32,000 bases of DNA. Origin: Synechococcus sp. A15-28. GTDB lineage: Bacteria > Cyanobacteriota > Cyanobacteriia > PCC-6307 > Cyanobiaceae. Position 1 is the stretch's first letter. The number at the start of each line of letters is the position of its first letter. Below the pieces are notes generated by a model. It had not been told where the DNA came from. It worked only from the letters and a program-made list of their open reading frames with translations, and searched no databases. Location of the stretch: assembly GCF_014280175.1 (NCBI RefSeq), contig NZ_CP047931.1:2309587-2341586 (forward strand), written 5' to 3'. Position numbers and translations under genes: made by a program. Positions 9,678 to 19,526 of this stretch are shown in pieces.

Positions 9678-10685
9678 ATGCGTCGTTCCAACAGCTTTCG
9701 TGCCCTGGCTGCCATCGCCGGCCTGAGCGCCACCATGACCCTTGCCTCCTGCTCCAGCGGTGGTGGCGGCGGAGATGACAAGGTCACCGGAAAACTCAAC
9801 GGCGCCGGCGCCTCCTTCCCGGCAGCCATCTACCAGCGCTGGTTCCAGGAACTTCAGCCTGAAGGCGTCACCGTGAACTATCAATCCGTCAGTTCCGGTG
9901 CTGGTGTTCGACAGTTCACGGCCAACACCGTGGATTTCGGTGCATCGGACAAACCGATGAAGGAAGCCGAAATCGCCAAGGTGGATCGGGGCGTGCTGCA
10001 GATCCCGATGACGGCTGGCGCGATCGCTGTGGCCTGCAACCTCTAAGGGTGTGACCTCAAGCTCTCCACCGAACAACTGGCTGGAATCTTCCTTGGCAAG
10101 ATCAAGAACTTCAGTGAACTTGGCTGCGCAGACCAGAAGCTCACCGTGGTGCGTCGTTCCGATGGTTCCGGCACCACTTACAACTTCACCAAGCACCTGT
10201 CCGCCATCAGCGATGAGTGGAAGAATGGCCCCGGCGCCGCCAAATCCATCAAGTGGCCCACGGGCGTTGGCTCGAAGGGCAATGAAGGTGTGGCTGCCCA
10301 GCTGAATCAGATCCCAGGTGGTGTGGGCTATGTGGAAGCCGCCTACGTCAAAGGCAAGCTCCAGGCTGCAGCCGTCACCAACGCCTCGGGCGAACTGGTG
10401 AAGCCCACCAACGAAACCGAAAGTGCTGCCCTCGACTCCATCGACATCGGTCCTGACCTCATCGGTGGCAACCCCAACCCCCCCGCGGGCTACCCGATCG
10501 TGACCTTCACCTGGGTGCTGGCCTACGAAACCGGCAACGGCGACAAAACGGCTGCACTGAAGAAGACCTTCGAGTTCATGCTCTCCGACAAAGCCCAATC
10601 CCAGGCGCCTGAACTGGGCTACGTCAGCCTCCCCAAAGGTGTTGTGGAGAAGTCCCTGGCTGCTGTCGAAAAGATCAGCGAATGA
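9678..10685 (+). pseudogene. pstS: Phosphate ABC transporter substrate-binding protein, interrupted by an in-frame TAA at 10044-10046
   Basis: N-terminal ORF (lipoprotein signal ...TLASCSSGG, GAGASFPAAIYQRWFQEL, VNYQSVSSGAGVRQF) ends ...AIAVACNL*. The same frame continues GCDLKLSTEQLAGIFLGKIKNFSELGCADQKLTVVRRSDGSGTTYNFTKHLS... to ...VEKISE*. Both halves match PstS. Confidence 0.85.
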
Positions 10686-10708
10686 TCGTCACCTGATCAG
10701 AACCAGAA

Positions 10709-10741
10709 TAAAAAAAGGGGCCCCCATGGGCCCCCTTTTTC
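10709..10741. terminator. Bidirectional rho-independent terminator between convergent pstS and dnaK
   Basis: aaaaaaaGGGGCCCccatGGGCCCCcttttttc: 7-bp GC stem flanked by an A-run and a T-run. Confidence 0.85.
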
Positions 10742-10761
10742 ATGGCTGACGCGTCAAGCGA

Positions 10762-12672
10762 TCACTTGGTCTCGGTGAACTCGGCATCGATGACGTCATC
10801 GCTGGCGTCACCACCGCCGGGGGCAGCACCGGCTCCTGCGTCGCCACCGGGAGCGGCTCCACCCGCAGCACCCTCCTGCTGATAGACGGAAGCACCCACG
10901 GTGTAGAGCTCCTGCTGCAGTTCCTCCAGCAAGGTCTTCATCGCGTCGTAATCCTCCGCGTTGACGGCCTCCTGGAGCTTGGTGCGCTTCTCCTCGACCT
11001 TGGCCTTGGCATCGGCCTCGACCTTGTCACCCAGCTCGCCCATCTGCTTTTCAGCCTGATAAACGAGGGTCTCGGCCTGGTTCTTCAGGTCGATCTTTTC
11101 GCGCTTCTCCTTGTCGGCGCTGGCGTTGGCCTCGGCATCCTTCACCATCTTGTCCACCTCGGAATCCGACAGGGTGGAGGCACCCGTGATCGAGATCGAC
11201 TGCTCCTTGCCGCTGCCCTTGTCCTTGGCGGTGACGCTGAGGATGCCGTTGGCATCAATATCGAAGGTCACCTCGATCTGGGGCACACCACGGGGGGCCG
11301 GAGGGATGCCATCGAGACGGAAGGTTCCGAGCGACTTGTTGTCGGAGGCCATTTCGCGCTCACCCTGGAGCACGTGGATCTCCACGTTGGTCTGACCATC
11401 CACAGCCGTCGAGTAGGTCTCGGTCTTCTTGGTGGGGACCGTGGTGTTGCGGGTGATCATCTTGGTCATCACGCCACCCAGGGTTTCCACACCCAGGGAG
11501 AGAGGCGTGACGTCCAGCAGCAGGATGTCCTTGACCTCACCGGCCAGCACACCGCCCTGAATGGCGGCGCCGACGGCCACCACCTCGTCAGGATTGACGG
11601 TCTGGTTGGGGTCCTTGCTGGTGGTGCGCTTCACCAGCTCCAGCACGGCCGGAATGCGGGTGGAACCACCCACCATCACGATCTCGTCCAGCTCACTGGA
11701 GGAGAGCTTGGCGTCCTTGAGCGCCTGCTCCACAGGGATGCGGCAGCGGTCGATCAGGTTGGCGGCCAGCTCTTCGAACTTGGCCCGGGTGAGGGTGAGA
11801 TCCAGGTGCTTGGGACCCTCAGGCGTGGCCGTGATGAACGGCAGGTTGATCTCGCTCTGGGTGGCGCTGGACAGCTCGATCTTGGCCTTCTCAGCCGCCT
11901 CGGTCAGGCGCTGCAGAGCCTGCTTGTCCTGACGCAGATCGATGCCTTCGTTGGACTTGAAGGTCTCAGCCAGATGATCAACGATCACCTTGTCAAAGTC
12001 GTCGCCACCCAGGTGGGTGTCGCCGGAGGTGGAGAGCACCTCGAAAACACCGTCACCAACCTCGAGCACGGACACGTCGAAGGTGCCGCCGCCCAGGTCG
12101 AAAACAAGGATGCGCTCGTTGCTCTTCTTGTCGAGGCCATAGGCCAGAGCCGCTGCGGTGGGCTCGTTGATGATCCTCAGCACCTCGAGGCCGGCGATCT
12201 TTCCGGCGTCCTTGGTGGCCTGACGCTGGGAATCGTTGAAGTAGGCGGGGACGGTGATCACCGCCTGGGTGACGTTCTCACCGAGGTACTTACCGGCATC
12301 TTCAGCCAGCTTGCGCAAGACCTGGGCAGACACCTCCTCAGGGGCGAACTGCTTGTCGAGAACAGGGCACTTCACCTTGACGTTGGCGCCGGCCTTCTCG
12401 ACGCCGTAGCTCACTTCCTTGGATTCCTCATTCACTTCATCAACACGACGGCCGATGAAGCGCTTGACGGAATAAAACGTGTTGTCCGGGTTCATGACCG
12501 CCTGACGCTTGGCGATCTGACCGACCAGCTGGTCCTGGTTCTTGGTGTATGCCACGACGGAGGGCGTGGTTCGGAAACCCTCGGCGTTCGCGATGACGGT
12601 GGGTTTGCCACCCTCCATCACGGACACGCAACTGTTCGTGGTGCCAAGGTCAATGCCGACAACCTTGCCCAT
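10762..12672 (-). CDS. dnaK: Molecular chaperone DnaK (Hsp70)
   Basis: [64 protein letters not shown] and C-terminal [18 protein letters not shown] lies upstream of the start. Confidence 0.98.
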   Translation of the reverse strand: MGKVVGIDLGTTNSCVSVMEGGKPTVIANAEGFRTTPSVVAYTKNQDQLVGQIAKRQAVMNPDNTFYSVKRFIGRRVDEVNEESKEVSYGVEKAGANVKVKCPVLDKQFAPEEVSAQVLRKLAEDAGKYLGENVTQAVITVPAYFNDSQRQATKDAGKIAGLEVLRIINEPTAAALAYGLDKKSNERILVFDLGGGTFDVSVLEVGDGVFEVLSTSGDTHLGGDDFDKVIVDHLAETFKSNEGIDLRQDKQALQRLTEAAEKAKIELSSATQSEINLPFITATPEGPKHLDLTLTRAKFEELAANLIDRCRIPVEQALKDAKLSSSELDEIVMVGGSTRIPAVLELVKRTTSKDPNQTVNPDEVVAVGAAIQGGVLAGEVKDILLLDVTPLSLGVETLGGVMTKMITRNTTVPTKKTETYSTAVDGQTNVEIHVLQGEREMASDNKSLGTFRLDGIPPAPRGVPQIEVTFDIDANGILSVTAKDKGSGKEQSISITGASTLSDSEVDKMVKDAEANASADKEKREKIDLKNQAETLVYQAEKQMGELGDKVEADAKAKVEEKRTKLQEAVNAEDYDAMKTLLEELQQELYTVGASVYQQEGAAGGAAPGGDAGAGAAPGGGDASDDVIDAEFTETK

Positions 12673-12787
12673 CGGTGGCCACCTCCTGAAGGGATGAACG
12701 AAACCCCGTTATCTTCATCAGGAGACCCTGCCCCAGGCGAGGTGTGGTTCCCGAACAGGCAGGCTGGGCGGGCATTCCGACGAGGCC

Positions 12788-13657
12788 ATGAACAACGGCA
12801 GCACTGGCCTGGTGGGGCTGCTCGGCAACCCGGTGCAGCACTCGCTCTCCCCTGCGATGCAGAACGCAGCACTGCAAGAGCTGGGGCTCAACTGGCGGTA
12901 CCTGGCTCTGCCCTGTGAGGGGGAGACCCTGCCTGAAGTGCTGCAGGGGCTCAGGGCGGTGGGCTGCCGCGGACTCAATGTGACGATCCCCCACAAGCAG
13001 GCTGTGACCAGCCTCTGCAGCGAGCTCAGCGAGCCTGCCCGTCGGCTTCAGGCGGTGAACACACTCATCCCCGACGACAAGGATGGCTGGCGGGGCACAA
13101 ACACCGATGTGGAAGGGTTTCTGGCGCCCCTCGGCGGCCGCGAACACTGGCAAAACCAGCAGGCCGTGGTGCTCGGTTGCGGCGGCTCCGCCCGGGCCGT
13201 GGTGGCTGGCTTGCAGTCCCTTGGACTGTCGTCGATCCAAGTGATCGGACGACGCACGGAAGCGTTGCTGACCTTCATCGCTGACCTGCAGCTGGAGAGC
13301 GCCCCGCTGAGCAGCTGCCTTGAAACGGACCCCGCCGTGGGTGAGCTGCTGGCCACAGCAGATCTGGTGGTGAACACCACGCCGGTGGGCATGGCCCTGC
13401 ATGGTGACGCCACCGCCATGCCCCTCAGTTCTGATCTCTGGGACAGGCTTGCGGATCAGGCCACCCTCTACGACCTCATCTACACCCCGCGTCCCACCGC
13501 ATGGCTGCATTGGGGCCAGGGGCGAGGGCACCGTTGCATCGACGGGCTGGAGATGCTGGTGCAACAGGGTGCCGCATCCCTGAGGCTTTGGAGCGGCGTC
13601 AATGACGTTCCCATGGACACCATGCGACAGGCGGCTGAAGCCGCTTTAAGCCATTAG
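12788..13657 (+). CDS. aroE: Shikimate dehydrogenase
   Basis: GLLGNPVQHSLSPAMQNAAL, GLNVTIPHKQAV, AVNTLI, GTNTDVEGF, VLGCGGSARAVVAGL, VVNTTPVGM. Confidence 0.97.
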   Translation: MNNGSTGLVGLLGNPVQHSLSPAMQNAALQELGLNWRYLALPCEGETLPEVLQGLRAVGCRGLNVTIPHKQAVTSLCSELSEPARRLQAVNTLIPDDKDGWRGTNTDVEGFLAPLGGREHWQNQQAVVLGCGGSARAVVAGLQSLGLSSIQVIGRRTEALLTFIADLQLESAPLSSCLETDPAVGELLATADLVVNTTPVGMALHGDATAMPLSSDLWDRLADQATLYDLIYTPRPTAWLHWGQGRGHRCIDGLEMLVQQGAASLRLWSGVNDVPMDTMRQAAEAALSH

Positions 13658-13683
13658 CGTCAGCGGATTGATCAGGGCTGACG

Positions 13684-14166
13684 ATGGAACCCCCCCTCTG
13701 GCAGCGACTGGTCGCGCCGTTGATGTATCTGCTGCCGTGGAGTGATGCCATACCCCTTGGATTCGCCCCTGACGGATTGTTTCTTCAGTACCCACTGCTG
13801 AGACCGTTTGTGTTGCCGGCCTTGCCCCTGATGCAACTGGAACGCAGCATTCCCTTCGGTCTGGGGGGCCTGCTGCTGTTCTTCGTGCTCTTCCTTGCTG
13901 TGGTGCGCAATCCGAACGTCCCTTACTTCCTGCGCTTCAACGCTCTGCAGGCTCTGCTCACCGACATTGCATTGATTGTGCTGAGCATCGGCTTCCGCCT
14001 GTTGCTGCAGCCGATCGCCGCCGGAAGTCTGCTGCTGAGCACGCTCTCCAGCGCCGTGGTCGTCGCCGTGCTTGCCATCCTGGTCTTCTCACTTGTGGAG
14101 TGCCTGCGGGGCCGCGAACCCGATCTGCCGGGCATCAGCCAGGCGGTCCGCATGCAGCTCTACTGA
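13684..14166 (+). CDS. Tic20-family membrane protein
   Basis: [26 protein letters not shown]...[23 protein letters not shown]...[11 protein letters not shown]-type ending, as in cyanobacterial Tic20-like proteins. Confidence 0.8.
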   Translation: MEPPLWQRLVAPLMYLLPWSDAIPLGFAPDGLFLQYPLLRPFVLPALPLMQLERSIPFGLGGLLLFFVLFLAVVRNPNVPYFLRFNALQALLTDIALIVLSIGFRLLLQPIAAGSLLLSTLSSAVVVAVLAILVFSLVECLRGREPDLPGISQAVRMQLY

Positions 14167-14243
14167 GGCAGGGAGGTCCGGGGGATAAGGTGTTGGATCC
14201 GTCGCTCACCAAGGTGAGCCTGAAGTCCCCGTCGGCACAGCCC

Positions 14244-14627
14244 ATGACGCTCGATCCGTACTACGAGACCATGTACATCCTTCGTCCGGACATTCCGGAG
14301 GAGGAAGTTGAGAGCCACCTCACCAAATACCGAGACATGCTGGTGGAAGCCGGCGCTGAAGTGCTGGACAACCAGATGCGCGGTAAGCGTCGCCTGGCCT
14401 ACCCCATCGATAAGCACAAGGAAGGCATCTACGTGCAGCTGAGCCACAACGGCGATGGCCAGCAGGTGGCCGTGCTGGAAAAGGCCATGCGCCTCAGTGA
14501 GGACGTGATCCGCTACCTCACGGTGAAGCAGGAGGGTCCTCTGCCCGCACCACGGGTGGTTCCCGGCAGCGAGCCGGCTCCCGCTCCTCAGGAACAGGCC
14601 GCAGCCAGCTCAGAAGCCGCATCCTGA
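14244..14627 (+). CDS. rpsF: 30S ribosomal protein S6
   Basis: [24 protein letters not shown]...[21 protein letters not shown]...[10 protein letters not shown]. Start reassigned to ATG 14244 (the track starts at 14100). Confidence 0.96.
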   Translation: MTLDPYYETMYILRPDIPEEEVESHLTKYRDMLVEAGAEVLDNQMRGKRRLAYPIDKHKEGIYVQLSHNGDGQQVAVLEKAMRLSEDVIRYLTVKQEGPLPAPRVVPGSEPAPAPQEQAAASSEAAS

Positions 14628-14667
14628 CACGGTTGTCGTCGTCATGGACCGGCGATAGCGTCGGTTC

Positions 14668-15036
14668 ATGACCCATGACGCCCAGCAGCATCAGGCTCCG
14701 CAACCGCGCTGGATGCCACAGGCGCCACGGTCAACAGATCATCAGATGCTGCAACGACGCATTGATGCGCTGGAAGAGCAGATCAAGGCCTACGAGCAGC
14801 TTCTTGATGATCTGCCTGAGTTGTTCGAACGCAAGTTCCAGCAGCGTCTGGAGCCTTTGATGGAGCGCTACCAACTGCTGGCCGAACAGTTGGAACCACA
14901 GAAACACGACCCTGACCAGCGGGCTCTGCCTCCTTCAGAGGTGCAGAGCGCGGTGCGTCGTCCGAACAATCTGATCAGGTTCCCTCTGTTCCGTCTGCCG
15001 AGACTTCGTGGTTTCGGACGACGGCGATCAGCCTGA
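14668..15036 (+). CDS. Conserved hypothetical protein, predicted coiled coil
   Basis: Open frame [75 protein letters not shown], heptad-rich. It fills the gap between rpsF and convergent argG. Confidence 0.7.
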   Translation: MTHDAQQHQAPQPRWMPQAPRSTDHQMLQRRIDALEEQIKAYEQLLDDLPELFERKFQQRLEPLMERYQLLAEQLEPQKHDPDQRALPPSEVQSAVRRPNNLIRFPLFRLPRLRGFGRRRSA

Positions 15037-16239
15037 TGTCCGTTGCGATGCAGCCCAGAGACGGGTGGGCAATCCCCAGACGTAGATGAAGCCTTCGGCG
15101 GCGCGGTGGTCAAACTTGTCTTCGCTGCCATAGGACGCCATCTCAGGCACATACAGGCTGCTCTGGGTTGAGCCGCGACCGATGACCGTGGCGCTGCCCT
15201 TGTGCAGACGCAGGCGCACGACGCCATTGACGTGCTGCTGCGTGCAGTCCATGAAACCGTCCAGAGCATCCTTCAGCGGCCCGAACCACAGGCCCTGATA
15301 CACCAGATCAGCCCACTGCATCTCCAGCTGACGTTTGCTGCGCAGCACATCCGCGGCCAACGTCAAACTCTCCAGTTCCTGATGGGCCTGGATCAACAGC
15401 AGCAAGCCTGGCGTTTCGTAGATCTCGCGGGATTTGATCCCCACCACCCGGTTCTCGATCATGTCGAGCCGACCGATGCCATGGCTGCCGGCCAGACGGT
15501 TGGCTTCCCTGATCATCGCCACCGGATCCAGGCTCTGGCCATTGATGGCGACGGGGTTACCGGCTTCAAAAGCGATCTCAATCTCCTCAGCCGCATCCGG
15601 CGTCTCCGACACCGGTGACGTCATGGCGAACACCTCCTCCGGAGGCGCCACCATCGGATCCTCAAGCGGGCCAGCCTCGATGCTGCGACCCAGAAGGTTG
15701 AGGTCGATCGAATAGGGCGATTTCTTGCTGACCGGTGCCGGAATTCCGCAGCGCTCGCCGTAGGCAATGGTCTCTTCGCGACTCATCCCCCACTCCCTGG
15801 CAGGTGTCAGCACCTTCAGATCGGGAGCGAGCGCGGCAATCGCCACATCGAAGCGCACCTGATCATTTCCTTTGCCGGTGCAGCCATGGGCCACAGCGTC
15901 TGCACCCACCTCACGGGCCACCTCCACCAGTCGACGGGCGATCAACGGCCGGGCCAGTGCCGTGGAGAGGGGATAGCGACCCTCGTACAGCGCATTGGCG
16001 CGGATGGCAGGGAAGGCGAACTCCTCGATGAAGGGCTGAATCAGATCTCCCACCAAGGACTGACTCGCACCGGCATCCAGGGCCTTTTGACGAATCGGTT
16101 CCAGCTCATCGCCCTGGCCAAGATCAGCAGCGAAGGTGATGACGTCCTCCACACCCCACTCCTGCTTCAGGTAGGGAATGCAGACGCTGGTATCCACCCC
16201 GCCGGAGTAGGCGAGAACCACCTTGTTGGCGCGGCCCAT
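15028..16239 (-). CDS. argG: Argininosuccinate synthase
   Basis: [87 protein letters not shown] 16239 is preferred over the track TTG at 16242. Confidence 0.97.
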   Translation of the reverse strand: MGRANKVVLAYSGGVDTSVCIPYLKQEWGVEDVITFAADLGQGDELEPIRQKALDAGASQSLVGDLIQPFIEEFAFPAIRANALYEGRYPLSTALARPLIARRLVEVAREVGADAVAHGCTGKGNDQVRFDVAIAALAPDLKVLTPAREWGMSREETIAYGERCGIPAPVSKKSPYSIDLNLLGRSIEAGPLEDPMVAPPEEVFAMTSPVSETPDAAEEIEIAFEAGNPVAINGQSLDPVAMIREANRLAGSHGIGRLDMIENRVVGIKSREIYETPGLLLLIQAHQELESLTLAADVLRSKRQLEMQWADLVYQGLWFGPLKDALDGFMDCTQQHVNGVVRLRLHKGSATVIGRGSTQSSLYVPEMASYGSEDKFDHRAAEGFIYVWGLPTRLWAASQRTSG

Positions 16240-16490
16240 CAATGGGTCTCCTGATCAGAATCGGTTGATTCTCCCCCTTCACCGTCCCCAGGCCCTGCTG
16301 CAGACCACAGCACCCAGCCCGCCATCAACAATGCCGGCAGCAGCACGATGGCCAGAACAACAGCCCAGGGCGCCTGAAGGGCAGCGGGATGCTGATCACC
16401 CCACCAGCGCAGGCCAAGGCTGATCAGCAACGCCGAACCCCAGCTGATCAGCAGCACCACAACGTCCCGCATGGTTGTGTTCAAGGGCAT
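16239..16490 (-). CDS. Small hypothetical membrane protein upstream of argG
   Basis: About 83-aa ORF with two hydrophobic segments ([18 protein letters not shown]; [23 protein letters not shown]). Its TGA overlaps the argG ATG by one base. Confidence 0.6.
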   Translation of the reverse strand: MPLNTTMRDVVVLLISWGSALLISLGLRWWGDQHPAALQAPWAVVLAIVLLPALLMAGWVLWSAAGPGDGEGGESTDSDQETH

Positions 16491-16525
16491 GAACTATGTT
16501 GGTGGATTGGACTGTCCCCTCAACG

Positions 16526-16777
16526 ATGAGCGTTCTCGACAGCATCAACCCCTCCCTGACGCGCTATGGACGCAGGGATCCGGCACCGGTGCTGCCCCTG
16601 CGCGAGGAACCTGATCTGCTCACCTGGCTGGAAGCCAGTGGCCGTCTGGTGGCTGACGAGGAATCCGGTTCTCCTGAAGTGAGCACGGTTGAAGAGGAAG
16701 AACTGTCAGCGCTGATGGGTGAGAAAGAGGATTACAACAACGCTGATGAGCAGAACGAAGAGCAGTGGGAGGACTGA
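16526..16777 (+). CDS. DUF3134-like conserved cyanobacterial protein
   Basis: MSVLDSINPSLTRYGRRDPAPVLPLREEPDLLTWLEASGRLVADEE resembles DUF3134 proteins. Start refined from the track (16496) to ATG 16526. Confidence 0.68.
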   Translation: MSVLDSINPSLTRYGRRDPAPVLPLREEPDLLTWLEASGRLVADEESGSPEVSTVEEEELSALMGEKEDYNNADEQNEEQWED

Positions 16778-16845
16778 CGTCCAATCCTTCCCTGGTCGCA
16801 TTCGAACAGCTCCTCTAGGGTCCCAGCGCACAGGCCACTTCCGTC

Positions 16846-17952
16846 GTGACTGACGTCAGCAACCGTCCTCGCCCCTGGTGGGAGAACGGCACCGTCAGTG
16901 CATCACTGCTGACGCTGGTGGTCCTGGCCAGCAGTTTGACCTCCGACAAATGGCTGCCCAACAGTCAGCTGACGCTGCCTCTGTTGATCTCCACATCAGT
17001 GGCCGCTTTTGTTGCGGCGCTGGGTATTCCGCAACTCAAGGCCCTGAGGATGGGTCAGGTAATCCGGGACGAAGGCCCCCAGGCCCATAAATCCAAAGCA
17101 GGGACCCCCACCATGGGCGGTCTGCTGGTGGTTCCAGTCGGCACGATCGTTGGAGGGCTGATCAGCCTGAAGGGCCCATCGGCCCAGCAACTGATCGCTG
17201 TCTCCGCCATCACCCTCGCTTACATGGTGATCGGTGGTTTCGATGATTGGCGCAGCCTCACACGCCAGACCAACACCGGCCTCACACCCCGCGGCAAGTT
17301 GCTGCTTCAGAGCCTCGTGGCAGTTCTCTTTCTCGCAGTGGCGGCATGGCAGGGCTGGATCAGCAGCACTGTGTCCCTGCCCTTCGGATGGAGTTTGCCG
17401 CTTGGGTTGCTGATCTGGCCTTTGGGACTGTTTGTGTTCCTGGCCGAAAGCAACGCCACGAACCTCACCGATGGGCTGGATGGACTGGCCAGCGGCTGCG
17501 GGGCACTGGTGTTCCTGGGAATGGCCATTCAACTGATGTTGAGGGGCCACAACGGTGATCCAGCACTGGCGGGTTTCTGCATGGCCATGGCTGGCGCCTG
17601 GCTTGGCTTCCTGATGCACAACCGCCATCCCGCCCGAGCCTTCATGGGAGACACGGGCTCCCTGGCCATGGGAGCCGCCCTGAGTGGCGTGGCTCTGCTG
17701 TCGGACAGCCTCTGGCCTCTGCTGGTGATGGGTGGGGTGTTTCTGGCGGAGTCCCTCTCCGTGATCATCCAGGTGTGGGTGTTCAAAGCCACGAAAGGTC
17801 AGGACGGTCAAGGCCGACGCGTGTTCCGGATGGCCCCCCTGCACCATCATTTCGAGCTGGGGGGCACCAGCGAACGCACAGTGGTGCCATGCTTCTGGCT
17901 CGTCACAGCTGGCTTTGTGCTGCTGGGGATTGCGCTACGCCCGACCATCTGA
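16846..17952 (+). CDS. mraY: Phospho-N-acetylmuramoyl-pentapeptide-transferase
   Basis: [57 protein letters not shown]. Confidence 0.97.
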   Translation: MTDVSNRPRPWWENGTVSASLLTLVVLASSLTSDKWLPNSQLTLPLLISTSVAAFVAALGIPQLKALRMGQVIRDEGPQAHKSKAGTPTMGGLLVVPVGTIVGGLISLKGPSAQQLIAVSAITLAYMVIGGFDDWRSLTRQTNTGLTPRGKLLLQSLVAVLFLAVAAWQGWISSTVSLPFGWSLPLGLLIWPLGLFVFLAESNATNLTDGLDGLASGCGALVFLGMAIQLMLRGHNGDPALAGFCMAMAGAWLGFLMHNRHPARAFMGDTGSLAMGAALSGVALLSDSLWPLLVMGGVFLAESLSVIIQVWVFKATKGQDGQGRRVFRMAPLHHHFELGGTSERTVVPCFWLVTAGFVLLGIALRPTI

Positions 17953-17956
17953 ACCC

Positions 17957-18205
17957 ATGACCTATTTCACCTGGCGGGAATCGGGACTCACCACGGACTG
18001 CGCCAGCCTTGAAGCCATGGCGTCGCGGTTTGAGGAGTCCGCCAGCCTGATGCGTCGCATGGCTGAGGAAGGATTCCGGCTCGAGCGCCATGGCAACCAT
18101 CAACGCATCACCCATCCCGATCCATCGGTGTTCGAGGCCTGGGGGTTCGTCAGTGAGGAATCCCCTGTTCGACAGCTCACACTGATCCCGGATCTGGACA
18201 CCTGA
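17957..18205 (+). CDS. Conserved hypothetical protein
   Basis: 82-aa ORF MTYFTWRESGLTTDCASLEAMASRFEESASLMRRMAEEGFRLERHGNHQRITHPDPSVFEAWGFVSEESPVRQLTLIPDLDT, packed tightly between mraY and a downstream small ORF. Confidence 0.7.
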   Translation: MTYFTWRESGLTTDCASLEAMASRFEESASLMRRMAEEGFRLERHGNHQRITHPDPSVFEAWGFVSEESPVRQLTLIPDLDT

Positions 18206-18363
18206 TGGACGACCTGCTCACCAAAACAGCAGACCTGCTGTCCGCTGCTGCCGCGGATCCGGACCGCGTGCTGCGCTGGGTCCTGATTTATTTCGGCATC
18301 TCATCTCTGGGTTTCATCGCCGTCTGGTTGATTGGTGAGATCCGCCGTCAAAGCCGCCAATGA
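18205..18363 (+). CDS. Small (52 aa) single-TM protein, absent from the supplied ORF track
   Basis: Direct translation: MDDLLTKTADLLSAAAADPDRVLRWVLIYFGISSLGFIAVWLIGEIRRQSRQ*. Its ATG overlaps the upstream TGA (TGATG) and its stop overlaps the purT ATG (ATGA). Confidence 0.65.
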   Translation: MDDLLTKTADLLSAAAADPDRVLRWVLIYFGISSLGFIAVWLIGEIRRQSRQ

Positions 18364-19526
18364 CCCAATTTCCCAAGACGGTGATGCTGCTGGGCAGCGG
18401 TGAACTGGGAAAGGAGGTGGCCATCGCCGCCCAGCGCCTCGGATGCCATGTGATCGCCTGCGATCGCTATGCCAACGCACCAGCCATGCAGGTGGCCGAT
18501 GAGGCGGAAGTTCTGGCGATGACGGACGCCGATACGTTGCTGGCAACGGTGCGTCGCCACCGCCCTGATGTGGTGATCCCCGAGATCGAAGCGCTGGCGG
18601 TTTCTGCGCTGGCGGAACTGGAACAGGACGGAATCACGGTGATTCCCACCGCCAGGGCCACGGCGGTCACCATGAACCGTGATCGGATCCGCGACCTTGC
18701 CGCCGGCGAACTGGCACTGCGGACTGCGCGCTTCGCTTACGCCGCCAGTGCTGAGGACTTGAAAGCCGAAGCTCCTGCCCTCGGATGGCCGGTGGTGGTG
18801 AAGCCGGTGATGAGCTCGTCCGGAAAAGGCCAGAGTGTTGTGGATGGACCGGATGGTCTGGATCAAGCCTGGGAAGCAGCAATGGCCGGTGCCAGGGGAA
18901 CCTCCCCCCGGGTGATCGTGGAGGAATATCTCCGCTTTGACCTTGAAATCACCCTGCTGACCATCCGACAGCACAACGGGGAGACCCTGTTCTGCTCACC
19001 CATCGGCCATGAACAGGAACACGGTGATTACCAGTGCAGCTGGCAGCCGGCAGAGCTGACAGCCGAACAGTTGCAGCAGGCCCAGGCCATGGCTCGGACC
19101 GTGACCCAGAACCTGGGAGGGACCGGCCTGTTCGGTGTGGAATTCTTCCTCTGCGGTGGTGAGGTGATCTTTTCAGAACTCTCCCCAAGACCCCACGACA
19201 CAGGTCTGGTGACCTTGATCAGCCAGAACCTGAGTGAATTCGAACTGCACCTTCGTGCCGTGCTGGGGTTGCCGATCCCATCCATCACGAGGGCCGATGC
19301 GGCGGCAAGCCGCGTCGTCCTGGCCAAGGAGACGATGGACGCGGTCAGCTATTCAGGGATCGATGCTGCTCTGACGGAACCCGACACCCAACTGCTGCTG
19401 TTCGGTAAGCCAACGGCTCGCCCTGGCCGACGCATGGGAGTGGCTCTGGCCAAAGGAGAACATCTGGCGGAAGCCCGTGCCAAGGCGGATCGGGCTGCAG
19501 CCTGCGTTCAGGTGAATCAGCGCTGA
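18360..19526 (+). CDS. purT: Formate-dependent phosphoribosylglycinamide formyltransferase
   Basis: VMLLGSGELGKEVAIAAQRLG, VVVKPVMSSSGKGQSVV, RVIVEEYLRFDLEITLLT, ATG-grasp ligase features; MGVALAKGE near the C-terminus. Confidence 0.96.
   Translation: MTQFPKTVMLLGSGELGKEVAIAAQRLGCHVIACDRYANAPAMQVADEAEVLAMTDADTLLATVRRHRPDVVIPEIEALAVSALAELEQDGITVIPTARATAVTMNRDRIRDLAAGELALRTARFAYAASAEDLKAEAPALGWPVVVKPVMSSSGKGQSVVDGPDGLDQAWEAAMAGARGTSPRVIVEEYLRFDLEITLLTIRQHNGETLFCSPIGHEQEHGDYQCSWQPAELTAEQLQQAQAMARTVTQNLGGTGLFGVEFFLCGGEVIFSELSPRPHDTGLVTLISQNLSEFELHLRAVLGLPIPSITRADAAASRVVLAKETMDAVSYSGIDAALTEPDTQLLLFGKPTARPGRRMGVALAKGEHLAEARAKADRAAACVQVNQR

Noticed and set aside
11374-12918. 514-aa minus-frame-labelled ORF overlapping dnaK, plus several other ORFs over dnaK
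   Set aside because: Reading frames shadowing a certain dnaK in high-GC DNA; low-complexity composition with H/Q/G-rich runs and no recognisable motifs.
18348-18974. 208-aa minus-strand ORF antisense to purT
   Set aside because: Antisense to a certain purT; no recognisable family features.
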